Below, one piece after another: positions 41,747-51,379 of a DNA stretch of 64,000 nucleotides. The stretch is from Pseudomonadota bacterium (lineage in GTDB: Bacteria; Pseudomonadota; Alphaproteobacteria; MPNO01; UBA2964). The stretch spans positions 2,167 through 66,166 of the forward strand of contig JAYZBC010000078.1 of NCBI GenBank assembly GCA_036339375.1. The letters are read 5' to 3'. The notes beneath the pieces were generated by a model. That model saw only the letters and a list, made by a program, of their open reading frames with translations. It did not search any database and was not told the DNA's origin. The position numbers and the translations under genes are program-made. Position 1 is the first letter of the stretch. Every line of letters starts with the position of its first letter.

Positions 41747-42991
41747 TTAATTATTGTCACTCTCTAGACCTGCAACCTGACGACGACCTTCTTTTTTTGA
41801 CCACATCCAGAAAACGAGGCCCAAACCTGCTCCCAATGCAATCGTGAATTGCAAACCAAAGAAGGTTGCAATCCACCCCATAATCAAGGCCCCTACAGCG
41901 GGCATACCCCAGTTAAATAAAACAAATAAACTAACGGCTCTAGCTTGCATGTGACTTGTAGTAGCATTTTGTATTAACGTCTGCGCACTAACCCCAGAAA
42001 CCATCATAAAAAACCCTATACCTGCAAGAAATGCCATAGCCAAAACAATTTGGCTACATAGGGTAAAGCCTATTAACAAAAGTGAGGTCACGGCAAATGA
42101 ACTAGATACAAGACGTGTTAACCCCTCCGTTCTCCCGCGGTGGGCCAACCAGAGCGAGGCAAACAAAGCGCCGGCACCAATCGAAGATAAAATCATAGCT
42201 AGGCCATCGGGCCCACGACCGAATACCATTGCGGCATAACCCGGAGCCATCTCCATAAACGGTCTAATTAAAAGTCCAGTGGCTGCCAATACAAACATTA
42301 AAAAACGGAGGCCTGAGTGGTTCCAGACATAAAGAATACCGTCCCGCATATCCCGAATTATTTTTTGAGGGACATGGGTTTTTGAAGCTTCTCCCTGTGG
42401 TTTTAAAAAAAACATAATAAGATAAAATTGAATAAAAGTGAGTGTTGCAACCGCAAAAACCAGATCCGCTTCTACAAATAACAACAACCCCCCACCAACG
42501 GCGGGCCCAACCACACGACAAGCGTTAAAGGTAGCTGAGTTTAAGGCAACAGCTGCAGATAACTCGTCTTTATTAACCAAGAATTTTACTATCGAAATGC
42601 GAGGCGGGGTAGCCATAGCTTCAATGAAGCCATGCAAAATGGTGAGAATTAGTAAGAGGCCAATTGAAAGAATACCAGCAAAAATGAGTACCGAAAAACA
42701 AATCGACACGAGTATAAGCCAAAGCTGCATTACCTTCATTACTCGTAAATACCCAACCCGATCTGAAATCGCGCCGGAAAATATCGACAAGGCTACCATT
42801 GGGAAGACATCAGCAAATGCAATGACCCCAAGCCAAAAGGTAGATTTAGTTAATTCCCAAGTCAGCCAAGCAACAGCAGTACGATAAATCCATCGCCCAG
42901 TGGTTGAGAGCCCATTTGAAATCCAAAATAATCTATATTGTGGATTTGAAACTGCACGTCCTATGCCCCCAAGTAAAAACTCGAAATTCAT
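41747..42991 (-). CDS. MFS transporter, MFS_3/EntS-like family (fourth paralog)
   Basis: Has the same WLTWELTKSTFWLGVIAFADVFP motif as the triplet at 1.2-5.1 kb. The start is taken at MNFEF to avoid overlapping the upstream gene. Confidence 0.7.
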   Translation of the reverse strand: MNFEFLLGGIGRAVSNPQYRLFWISNGLSTTGRWIYRTAVAWLTWELTKSTFWLGVIAFADVFPMVALSIFSGAISDRVGYLRVMKVMQLWLILVSICFSVLIFAGILSIGLLLILTILHGFIEAMATPPRISIVKFLVNKDELSAAVALNSATFNACRVVGPAVGGGLLLFVEADLVFAVATLTFIQFYLIMFFLKPQGEASKTHVPQKIIRDMRDGILYVWNHSGLRFLMFVLAATGLLIRPFMEMAPGYAAMVFGRGPDGLAMILSSIGAGALFASLWLAHRGRTEGLTRLVSSSFAVTSLLLIGFTLCSQIVLAMAFLAGIGFFMMVSGVSAQTLIQNATTSHMQARAVSLFVLFNWGMPAVGALIMGWIATFFGLQFTIALGAGLGLVFWMWSKKEGRRQVAGLESDNN

Positions 42992-42992
42992 A

Positions 42993-43889
42993 TTATTTAC
43001 TAACTTCATCCTGTTTTTGGAGGACAAGTTGTTTCAAAGTATTCGTTGAGGTGCGCATGGGATCGATGTCATCGCGCCGTTGACGAGCAAGCGGAGAGCT
43101 ACTTATAAATTTAAATAAATCTGCTGCCCCTTGATGTATTTGCGGTGTTAAACCAATACTTTCAAAGGTCTCCGCTACCTGTTCCATCTCACCAACATAA
43201 CGTTCAGCAAGGGTGGGTAAACGTATAATAGCTTCATCTAATTTTTCCACATTACCTGCCTGACTTTTGGGTAAACGTTCCCGCAGAAAATCTGTAAACC
43301 CAAAATGTTCCGCCGCCAGCATTACGGAGGTGTAAAGTGCAAATGCGCCTTTATTGAATGCACCATTACAAATTTTTATTGCCGAACCCTGTCCAATTTG
43401 GGGCCCAATAAGCTTTATAAACATGCCCTTGCCATCCAACTCATCCAATAATGAAGCGTGGGGTCCGGAGGTACAAAAAATTGGAAAATTATTTTGCGTC
43501 GTAGGAGCGCCCCCAATGATTCCAACATCTATAAAAATGCCGCCCGCACCCTCTATCATTTCTTTTAATTTTAGTGCTGTTGCCGGGGATGTTGCATTAC
43601 AGTCCACAAAGGGTAATTTTTTTTTGATCTTATAAATTAATTTTTCTACTTTTTTTGCAACAATTACTGCTTTTCCCGGATCCAAAATAGACAAAATTAA
43701 ATCAGCCTCACTTACCATTTTTTCTAGAGGCCCAACATCAAGAAAGCCCGCTTCACGAGCCTTGAGCTGGGTATACTCAGACCTCTCATCGAGACACGAA
43801 ATAACTCTGTAACCAGCTTTATTTAACTGGCCACCAACGGCACTACCCATATTCCCCGGGCTCAAAATAGCGATTGTAGAAAATCCCAT
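42993..43889 (-). CDS. NAD(P)-binding 6-phosphogluconate-dehydrogenase-like (beta-hydroxyacid dehydrogenase family) protein
   Basis: Has the AILSPGNMGSAVG Rossmann motif and a 6PGDH-type C-terminal helical domain. Confidence 0.55.
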   Translation of the reverse strand: MGFSTIAILSPGNMGSAVGGQLNKAGYRVISCLDERSEYTQLKAREAGFLDVGPLEKMVSEADLILSILDPGKAVIVAKKVEKLIYKIKKKLPFVDCNATSPATALKLKEMIEGAGGIFIDVGIIGGAPTTQNNFPIFCTSGPHASLLDELDGKGMFIKLIGPQIGQGSAIKICNGAFNKGAFALYTSVMLAAEHFGFTDFLRERLPKSQAGNVEKLDEAIIRLPTLAERYVGEMEQVAETFESIGLTPQIHQGAADLFKFISSSPLARQRRDDIDPMRTSTNTLKQLVLQKQDEVSK

Positions 43890-44065
43890 TTTGTTATCTC
43901 CCACTTTGAAATCTTGTTAAAAATTCAGAAACCTGATTTTAGGTACCAAGAAAATTTTCTCTTCCCCTGAAGAAAAATTGAAATTTTCCGGAAGGTATAA
44001 ACTCTATAATTTATAACTTGAATTACCGGAATACCTTTATTGTTTTTCCAAGAAACTTCGGAATT

Positions 44066-44947
44066 TTAATTTGGCGAAATGAGTCTCCCGTCTTTATCCA
44101 GGTATTTTTGCCAAACATATTTTGCTTCAAATCCCAGTGTTTTTTTGGCCAGACTGCAATCCAGCCCTCCCCACATTCCTGAAAAGCCTTCTCTAATTTT
44201 AGTTTCCGGTAAATACCTTTGAATAAGTTCGGCAGTCGGTTCAGGATATCGGCTTGTAACCGTACTAATATTTAATATTTGGTGGCCAACAATATTGGCT
44301 TCAACCGCAAGTAGGCACGCAATTGCAGCGTCTCTTACATCGATGTAACTCCAAAACGTTCCTATTTTATCTCCGGGATTTAACCAACGTTCGGGAAGCG
44401 TTTTATAGGTCAAATCAAAGTTGACCCCACTCAGCCGAAGGCTAACCGCTGTCAAGGGGTTGCCCGTTGTAAATGAGTCTGCCAATTGTTCGCCAAAGAC
44501 CTTTGACAGCCCATATGGATCTTGAGGTTTACATGGGTATTTTTCATCTAGAGGTAAATAATCAGGTGCCCACATTTTTGGTGCATAGACGAAACCGTAA
44601 GCTGCTACACTTGAAGCCAATACAACGCGCCGTACCCCCATATCCACAGCAGCTTTCAGAATATTATAACTACTGGTGGTATTATTATTAAATGTTTCAC
44701 AGTCTGAAACTAAATTTGGTGCCTGAAACGCTGCTAAATGTATGACAGCGTCTGCATTTTTCAATGCTTGAAATATATCACCCGGATTTTTCAGATCACA
44801 AACCCACGACTCACAAACTTTTTGTTCTGGGGCAACGACATCTAAACTTAGCACTTCATAGCCGGCGGCTATCAACTCTCGTATAGTATACACTCCGAGC
44901 CGACCACTTCCCCCTGTAACAACAATTTTTTTCGCTTTTCCAGGCAT
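44066..44947 (-). CDS. NAD-dependent epimerase/dehydratase family protein
   Basis: Has VTGGSGRLG and an extended-SDR YxxxK region. Confidence 0.7.
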   Translation of the reverse strand: MPGKAKKIVVTGGSGRLGVYTIRELIAAGYEVLSLDVVAPEQKVCESWVCDLKNPGDIFQALKNADAVIHLAAFQAPNLVSDCETFNNNTTSSYNILKAAVDMGVRRVVLASSVAAYGFVYAPKMWAPDYLPLDEKYPCKPQDPYGLSKVFGEQLADSFTTGNPLTAVSLRLSGVNFDLTYKTLPERWLNPGDKIGTFWSYIDVRDAAIACLLAVEANIVGHQILNISTVTSRYPEPTAELIQRYLPETKIREGFSGMWGGLDCSLAKKTLGFEAKYVWQKYLDKDGRLISPN

Positions 44948-44970
44948 ACCTTGTCGTACAATTTCAAAAT

Positions 44971-46213
44971 TTATTTAAGGCCACTCACGCTAGTTTGGTT
45001 TAACGCTCTCACTCCAACAAAGGAATCTAACTTAACCAAACCTTCAGCATTTTCGTCTAAATAAAGACCCTTCGGGTTTCCACCATCCCATACTGATTTG
45101 ATTGCCTCTCTTACAATTTTACGCAGCATGATGATACCCCTATCAGATGTTCCAAGACGCTCTTGACGCAAACCAACTAGGTCTTGAGTACCCTGAGTAA
45201 CTTTATCTTCTAACCTTACATTACCCCTAAACGGCATCAAAGGACGCGTATCATAGGGTTTGACCTTTTCCATGGGTATTTCCCTTGTACGGAGTTCTGC
45301 AAGTTTTTCAAATATTTTCGGGTCTGGACCCGTGTAATAATCTACGGTGAAAAGCATAAAACTGTTTTCATCATTTGGGGTAAGAAACATTAAGTGTTCG
45401 TAACGAGATCCAACCTCTAGCAGAATTTCCGGGCTCACTTTTGCGTGAACAAATTCTGTATCACCCACTTGCAGAATACTGGGCAACCCCAAGCTCATTT
45501 CATCAACAAACTCCGTACCCGGTTTAGGACCTGGCTTAGACATTACCATTTTCATCCCATAGGGGGTCTCCACAGGCTTGTAGTCAGGAGGGTCCTTCAA
45601 ATTGAAAAATTGATCGCCCCAAGTCTGAGCACCATAACCACTCATAGTATGGAGAATCCAAACATGACACGGGTCTGCACTATTCTCATAAAAATTAAAC
45701 CAGTTGTAGTTAAAATACCGAGTGCTCTCTATGTGACGTTGGCCGCCGTGATCTACCAGAGGAGAATAATTTGGAAGCGGTGGTGGATCGTTCGATTTAG
45801 GGCCCATATAAGCAAAAATGAGACCACTTTTTTCCCTTACGGGATACGCTGTTTGTTTGATTTTAGCACAAAAGTCTTTGCCATCTGGTTCAGACGGTTG
45901 TTCCAAGCAACTGCCTGATACATCGTAAAGCCATCCATGATAGGGGCAACGAATACCCCGCTCTTCGATATCACCATACTCGAGGGAGGAACCACGGTGT
46001 GAACAATATTTCCCAAGGAGCCCTAATTTTCCTTGACGATCCCGAAATAATACTAATTCCTCACCCAAAACACGCACTGATTGCGGTACATCAAATAACT
46101 CCGAAGAAGTCCCAACGACTAGCCAATACCGTCGTAACCACTCCCCGCCAGGGGTGCCTTTCGCAACTAAGGGTATATCCTTATTCAAAATTTTCGTTGG
46201 TCGTTTACTCAAC
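44971..46213 (-). CDS. Rieske (2Fe-2S) non-heme iron oxygenase, alpha-only type (no adjacent beta subunit)
   Basis: Has the CSHRG..CPYHGW Rieske motif. The probable TTG start overlaps the stop of the upstream DapA-like gene, implying translational coupling. Confidence 0.7.
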
Positions 46214-47113
46214 AAAACCACCTCGTTTAAGGTCCCGGTACATTGTCTCACGCGCTGCTTGGGGCAATGGTTTTGCTTCCCACTTTGGAAACTTTTTTAT
46301 TGGTATCCCTCGCATACGAAACGTCTCGGCAACTGTTGCTCTTCCATAAAGTTTGATATTCCTGATAACAATTTGGGCCACAGCATTTACCCTTCGCTGC
46401 AAAGCAACGGCATCATGATATTTCTCCTGCTCTAACGTTTTCCAAAGCTCAACACATAATTCGGGTACAAAGCTTGTAGGGGGGTTGATCATCCCTGCTA
46501 CTCCAAAAGGTACGAGACCAAAAATATCGGCATTGCCTGTAAAAACGGACACATCTTCGGGAAATAATTTGATGTAATCCAGCATTGCCCCAGCGCCATA
46601 AGCTACTTTAATTCCCTTGATCGTAGGAATTTTTTCTTTCATTTTTTGGCCAAGTTGAGGAGAAATTGATATTCCCGAGTATTTTGGATTTTCATAAATA
46701 AAAATAGGGAGGTTAGTGGTCTCAGCGACTGCACTAAAATGGGCCAGAATTTCAAACTCTGAGTGGTCACTGTAGTAATACGGAGGAATAACACCGATTG
46801 CTTTAGCTTCTTTTTCGTCTGCATGTTGGGCCAACTCTATCGTGCTCGACGTATCCGCCGTTCCCACGTGGACAATGACAGGCACCTTTCCTGCAGCTTG
46901 GCTTATAACAATTTCTGCTGCCCGTTTGCGTTCGGCAATCGACATCACAGGCCCCTGGCCTGAAGACCCCAGTGCAAAAAGCCCCTGCACTGAAGCATTT
47001 AAATAAAAGTCGACCAATTTCCTTAGAATTGGTTCATCTACCATTCCTTTTTCATCGAAAGGTGTAATTACCGGAATTAAAATTCCCTTTAACAAAAAAT
47101 TACTCCCCGCCAT
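46205..47113 (-). CDS. Dihydrodipicolinate synthase/N-acetylneuraminate lyase family (DapA-like) Schiff-base aldolase/deaminase
   Basis: DHDPS family with GSSGQG and a catalytic Lys region. Confidence 0.7.
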   Translation of the reverse strand: MAGSNFLLKGILIPVITPFDEKGMVDEPILRKLVDFYLNASVQGLFALGSSGQGPVMSIAERKRAAEIVISQAAGKVPVIVHVGTADTSSTIELAQHADEKEAKAIGVIPPYYYSDHSEFEILAHFSAVAETTNLPIFIYENPKYSGISISPQLGQKMKEKIPTIKGIKVAYGAGAMLDYIKLFPEDVSVFTGNADIFGLVPFGVAGMINPPTSFVPELCVELWKTLEQEKYHDAVALQRRVNAVAQIVIRNIKLYGRATVAETFRMRGIPIKKFPKWEAKPLPQAARETMYRDLKRGGFVE

Positions 47114-47475
47114 TTTGTTTCTACAAATTTAGACCATTCAGACCAAAACAAGGGATCTTAAATGAAAATTAATTTAACAAAAAATAGGCTTTGCTACGTT
47201 AGTAAAATTTAAACGGTGATTAGAGCTTCCATCAATATTTCAGTCAAGTTTACCCTTTGCCAAAAACAAACGTGAATTTGGGAATACCGAAACCATTACG
47301 TATGCTAAATCGGGCATATCCAATAAAACTAAAACACTCAAAACATAAATAATCTCATTTGATACAAATGGAAGTGTGTTAAAGTAAAAATTAAAGGGTT
47401 TCAAAGCATTCACTAAAGAAGTTTACCCAAATTTTGGTTCAAAATCAGTGCAAAAAAAGGGGATCCAAACCGAAA

Positions 47476-48198
47476 ATGGAAAATCAAAAAAAAATCAAAA
47501 TTGGTTTTGTAACCCCTGTTTCAGCTAACAGTAGACATTTTGCACCATTCCAAGCGCTCATTCCTGAGCATGTTGAAATGGAATTGGAGGGATTGAATAT
47601 TGTAGGAAAAACCCTCGAAAGTCTTCGTGGGACAGGACAAATGGTAGCAGAAAAATCGGCGGAATTGGCTAAAAAACGGGGATGGCAGGGCGTTATTGTT
47701 AGCGGTGCACCGGTGGAGGTGCTAAACCCTGGTCTTTTAGAACTGTTAAAGGCGATAATAGAAGTTCCAGTGACAACAGCCCTAGATTCCTGCGTACACG
47801 CACTGAAAGCGTTTCACGTTCAAAGGGTGTTACTTCTCACGCCATTTGTTGAATCAATGAACGTTCTAATTAGGGACTACCTTCACGCCCAAAGTTTGAT
47901 GGCCTACTCCCCATCTAACACCTTTAAAGACTATAAAGATGCTATCGTCGTAGAACCGGGGGCTGTTTATGATCTTGCCCAAACCGCCTTTGACAATCAA
48001 AATGACGTTGACGCTTTATACTTTCAGGGAGCCGTCCTAGACCCTTTAAAGATCCTTGAAAAACTTGAGACGGACCTTTTAAAACCGGTCGTGGCAAGTA
48101 ACCCTGGTATGCTTTGGTATATTCTTTCATTGTTAGGTGTCCAATGCACAATTCCTGGTTACGGGCAATTACTTCGGCAATGGCCCCCATTTCAATAG
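47476..48198 (+). CDS. Asp/Glu/hydantoin racemase superfamily protein (maleate isomerase/arylmalonate decarboxylase-like)
   Basis: A ~240-aa protein starting KIGFVTP with two conserved Cys regions. Family-level assignment only. Confidence 0.5.
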   Translation: MENQKKIKIGFVTPVSANSRHFAPFQALIPEHVEMELEGLNIVGKTLESLRGTGQMVAEKSAELAKKRGWQGVIVSGAPVEVLNPGLLELLKAIIEVPVTTALDSCVHALKAFHVQRVLLLTPFVESMNVLIRDYLHAQSLMAYSPSNTFKDYKDAIVVEPGAVYDLAQTAFDNQNDVDALYFQGAVLDPLKILEKLETDLLKPVVASNPGMLWYILSLLGVQCTIPGYGQLLRQWPPFQ

Positions 48199-48303
48199 GG
48201 TTATTAAGAGGTCAAATTTAAAATTTAGATTTGTCCATTTAGTGTACCTCGAGATTGATGCATTGATTTCTGATGTTTGGGTTTAATTGGAAGTACAAAA
48301 ATA

Positions 48304-49026
48304 TTAGACGTATAACGTCGAGCCATTTTCTTTAAGCCATTGGCGTGATTCTTTATAAGACAAAAAGGAATTCTCTACAGTTCTCCAAAATTCAGGAGAG
48401 TGGTTTTGATGGAGCAAATGGCAAAGTTCATGGATAATGACATAATCAACTATTCGTTTAGGTGCGAGGACTATCTTCCAATTGTAGATGATTTCACCCT
48501 TTATTGAACAAGAACCCCACCGTGATTTATATTCTTTGACGGAAATTGATTTAGGGTGAAGACGAAGTTTTCGGGCGTATTTTTTGGTTTTGTCTCTTAA
48601 AATTTTTTCTGCGTGACTTTTATACCACAGAACAATTCTGCTTTTTACAAAATTTAGTTTTTGGTCATTTTTAAGATTGGAGGACACCCCTAAAACCAAC
48701 TCGCCCCTCTTAAGTCTGGCCTCACCAATACCGTTTTCTAGTAATTTCAGTCTGTAACTTTTTCCAAGATAAGAAAAAGTTTCTCCATTCACATATTCCT
48801 TTGGTTTAAGAGGGTAAATCTTTTCTTGAAGTCTAATTTTTTTTCGTATCCAGGGTGTCTTTTTCAAAATTATGGCGTTTATGTTTTTTTGAGATAACCG
48901 CTTAGGAACGACAATACGCACTTTCCCCTTGTCAATTTTAATACTGAAGGTTTTTCTCCTATCGGTCCGAATAATTTCTATCGGAAACTCTAAGTCGTTA
49001 TTTGTTTTCAACTGGTTTCTAGCCAT
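48304..49026 (-). CDS. DUF45/YgjP-like zinc metallopeptidase (HExxH)
   Basis: Has a C-terminal IIHELCHLLHQNHSPEFW motif. The protein is Lys-rich and its gene has visibly lower GC than neighbouring genes. Confidence 0.7.
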   Translation of the reverse strand: MARNQLKTNNDLEFPIEIIRTDRRKTFSIKIDKGKVRIVVPKRLSQKNINAIILKKTPWIRKKIRLQEKIYPLKPKEYVNGETFSYLGKSYRLKLLENGIGEARLKRGELVLGVSSNLKNDQKLNFVKSRIVLWYKSHAEKILRDKTKKYARKLRLHPKSISVKEYKSRWGSCSIKGEIIYNWKIVLAPKRIVDYVIIHELCHLLHQNHSPEFWRTVENSFLSYKESRQWLKENGSTLYV

Positions 49027-49110
49027 CCATTCTAAAGAAAACCAACTTTAAAAATCGAAAAAGTTTAAATGCGGTTTCTTCTTAAATTTAATTTCTTTCC
49101 AATTCTGCAC

Positions 49111-50181
49111 TTAGAGCATTTGTCCACCAGGCAAATGAGGAAAAGCGCTGTGTTCATGTGGGTGTCGGACGGGTATCGTTTTAGTTACATATGTTCCATC
49201 TATTTCTTCCAATTTAGTAACCCCAATTAAACCCATGGTAACTTGAATTTCTGTTTCAAGCATTTCAAGGCAAGCCGTTAAGCCGTCAGCGCCTCCTGCA
49301 CTTAACGCCCAGGCCTGCAAACGCCCTATTCCAACTGCTTTTGCACCAAGGGCTATCCCTTTGATTACATCAGTACCACGCGTAAAACCCCCATCTATGA
49401 CAATTTCTGCTTTGCCATCTACTGCGGCCACAATTTCAGGAAGGGTGTCTATATTTCCGAGAACATAATCAAGCTGTCGTCCCCCATGATTGGAAATATA
49501 AACAACGTCCACGCCGTGTTCTACCGCTAGTGCTGCATCTTCAGCTTTTTGTATACCTTTTACAATAAAGGGAATGTTGCCAATTTCGTCCTGAATCATT
49601 TTAACCGTGTCCCAGGTAACACCTTTTTGAAAATCTCGGGCCGGAACGCGACGCTGAGCGATTAAAGAAGGATGAAGCCGTTCTCTATTTCCATAGAATG
49701 CGGAATCAACGGTCAAGGCTACACCCCGGTATCCCGCTTTAACCACTCGTTTTGCTAACTTTTTGATCCAATCATTGTCTCCACGAACGTAGATTTGGAA
49801 AATCTTTGGGTGAGAGCTATTCGCGGCTACCTCTTCAAGGCTGGGTTGGCAAACTGTAGACAAAAAATTTATACAACCAAATTTTTCTGCCGCATCATCG
49901 ACATCCAAACCTCCGTTAGATGAGAATCTTTCAATGCCACCCAAGGGTGCCAGAAGTACAGGAATTCGAAGATCAGCACCGAGAAAATTAGTTGAGGCAT
50001 CAGTTTCGCGTACATCCCTTAACACGCTCGGTCGAAAAGCCAGACAATCTAACGCTTGACGGTTTCGTCGTAAACTAGTCTCAGATTCAGCAGCACCATT
50101 GATGTAGTCCCACTCGTCAGCACTCAATTTTCGTTTGGCCATAACGATCATTTCATGCATAGTCGCAAAGCTAACGGCCAT
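49111..50181 (-). CDS. FMN-dependent alpha-hydroxy acid dehydrogenase/oxidase (LldD/glycolate oxidase family)
   Basis: A TIM barrel with conserved FMN and substrate residues (SNHGGRQLD). Confidence 0.8.
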   Translation of the reverse strand: MAVSFATMHEMIVMAKRKLSADEWDYINGAAESETSLRRNRQALDCLAFRPSVLRDVRETDASTNFLGADLRIPVLLAPLGGIERFSSNGGLDVDDAAEKFGCINFLSTVCQPSLEEVAANSSHPKIFQIYVRGDNDWIKKLAKRVVKAGYRGVALTVDSAFYGNRERLHPSLIAQRRVPARDFQKGVTWDTVKMIQDEIGNIPFIVKGIQKAEDAALAVEHGVDVVYISNHGGRQLDYVLGNIDTLPEIVAAVDGKAEIVIDGGFTRGTDVIKGIALGAKAVGIGRLQAWALSAGGADGLTACLEMLETEIQVTMGLIGVTKLEEIDGTYVTKTIPVRHPHEHSAFPHLPGGQML

Positions 50182-50237
50182 ACCCTATCTCCTTGCATTT
50201 TTATTTTTTGATTTAGCTTTCAAAACTTTTTTAATTT

Positions 50238-51104
50238 TTAAATTTCGTGTGCCCGAACACGAACTTCCATACGCCCTATTTTTTCAAAATCAGCAACTAA
50301 AATATCTCCAGGTACTACTGGCTCAAAACCTAAAGGAGACCCAGCCATTATGATATCACCGGGATAAAGCGTATAAAAATTAGAAGCATGAGATATTATT
50401 TGTTTAATGCCAAAAGCCATTTGGTTTGTGTTTGAATTTTGTAACGCTTTCCCATTCAACGAAAGAGATATGCCTATATTGTCAGGGTCATCAATTTCAT
50501 CTGAGGTAACGATCCAGGGACCTAACACAGCGTAACCATCAATGGATTTTCGGGAGCTTGCACTTTCCGCACCCCGCAATGTCATATCCATTCCGATACA
50601 GTAACCACCAACGTAATCTAATGCGTTCGACTCCGAAATATTGGTTCCCGTACGACCAATTATGATTGTAAATTCTGCCTCTGGATCGTTTCGACGATCT
50701 AAAAATCTAAGAGCTACCCCTTCTGAAGGCCCAACTAAGGCACTATTTGCCTTGATAAACATTCTAACTGGATCGCTATCGCTGCGAGAGGTCCCAACAG
50801 GAACCCCAGGACCAAAATCAAGCTTTTCTAAATCTCTATTTTTGCGATTACCAGCAATGCCAATAATTTTACTTGGATTTGCAACAGGGCTTAAAAGTTT
50901 TACATTTTCTAATTCATAGCGATCACCGTTTTCCGCCATAGCTTTGGCTGATTTTTGAATGGTTTTCCAATTACGTATCAGGTGATCTCCCATAGGGCAT
51001 GGCCAATTAAGAGGGGGCAATGTATCAAGAGCGCTACTTACATCAATTATTGTTGTTCCATCTAACAAACCAAGTTGGTTGTTATTAAATCGGCAAATCT
51101 TCAT
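50238..51104 (-). CDS. Fumarylacetoacetate hydrolase (FAH) family protein
   Basis: FAH fold C-terminal domain motifs (GDIIMAGSPLG). Confidence 0.75.
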   Translation of the reverse strand: MKICRFNNNQLGLLDGTTIIDVSSALDTLPPLNWPCPMGDHLIRNWKTIQKSAKAMAENGDRYELENVKLLSPVANPSKIIGIAGNRKNRDLEKLDFGPGVPVGTSRSDSDPVRMFIKANSALVGPSEGVALRFLDRRNDPEAEFTIIIGRTGTNISESNALDYVGGYCIGMDMTLRGAESASSRKSIDGYAVLGPWIVTSDEIDDPDNIGISLSLNGKALQNSNTNQMAFGIKQIISHASNFYTLYPGDIIMAGSPLGFEPVVPGDILVADFEKIGRMEVRVRAHEI

Positions 51105-51230
51105 ACTGGGTTCTCCAATTTAAACTTTAACATGACTTCAAATGATCTTCTGAACGTACTTTTCTGCTCCCAAAAATCCGATCCAATAAGTCAACGAAGT
51201 TGCAAACTTTAAACGATACCACTGGGAAAG

Positions 51231-51276
51231 GGTTCTATGATAGGTTCTTGGTTCTCGTAAACTGAAGTAAGGTTCT
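51231..51276. promoter_or_regulatory. Four GGTTCT direct repeats (at 51231, 51243, 51250, 51271) in the FAH/TauD divergent intergenic region
   Basis: All four copies were counted in the sequence. Three share the longer form AGGTTCT. Confidence 0.4.
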
Positions 51277-51379
51277 AGCAGTAAAAAACACATTTTATAC
51301 TATGTTTAGCTCTCTAGAATTGACCTCCTATCCAATAAAATTGGATAATTAATGCCTAATTTTAAAGCAGGAAAGATTT

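Noticed and set aside
42993-43027. 35-nt overlap between the 6PGDH-like gene and the fourth MFS paralog, considered as a possible frameshift or fusion
   Set aside because: Alignment with the three other MFS paralogs supports the internal Met (MNFEF) as the start. That removes the overlap. No frameshift is needed.
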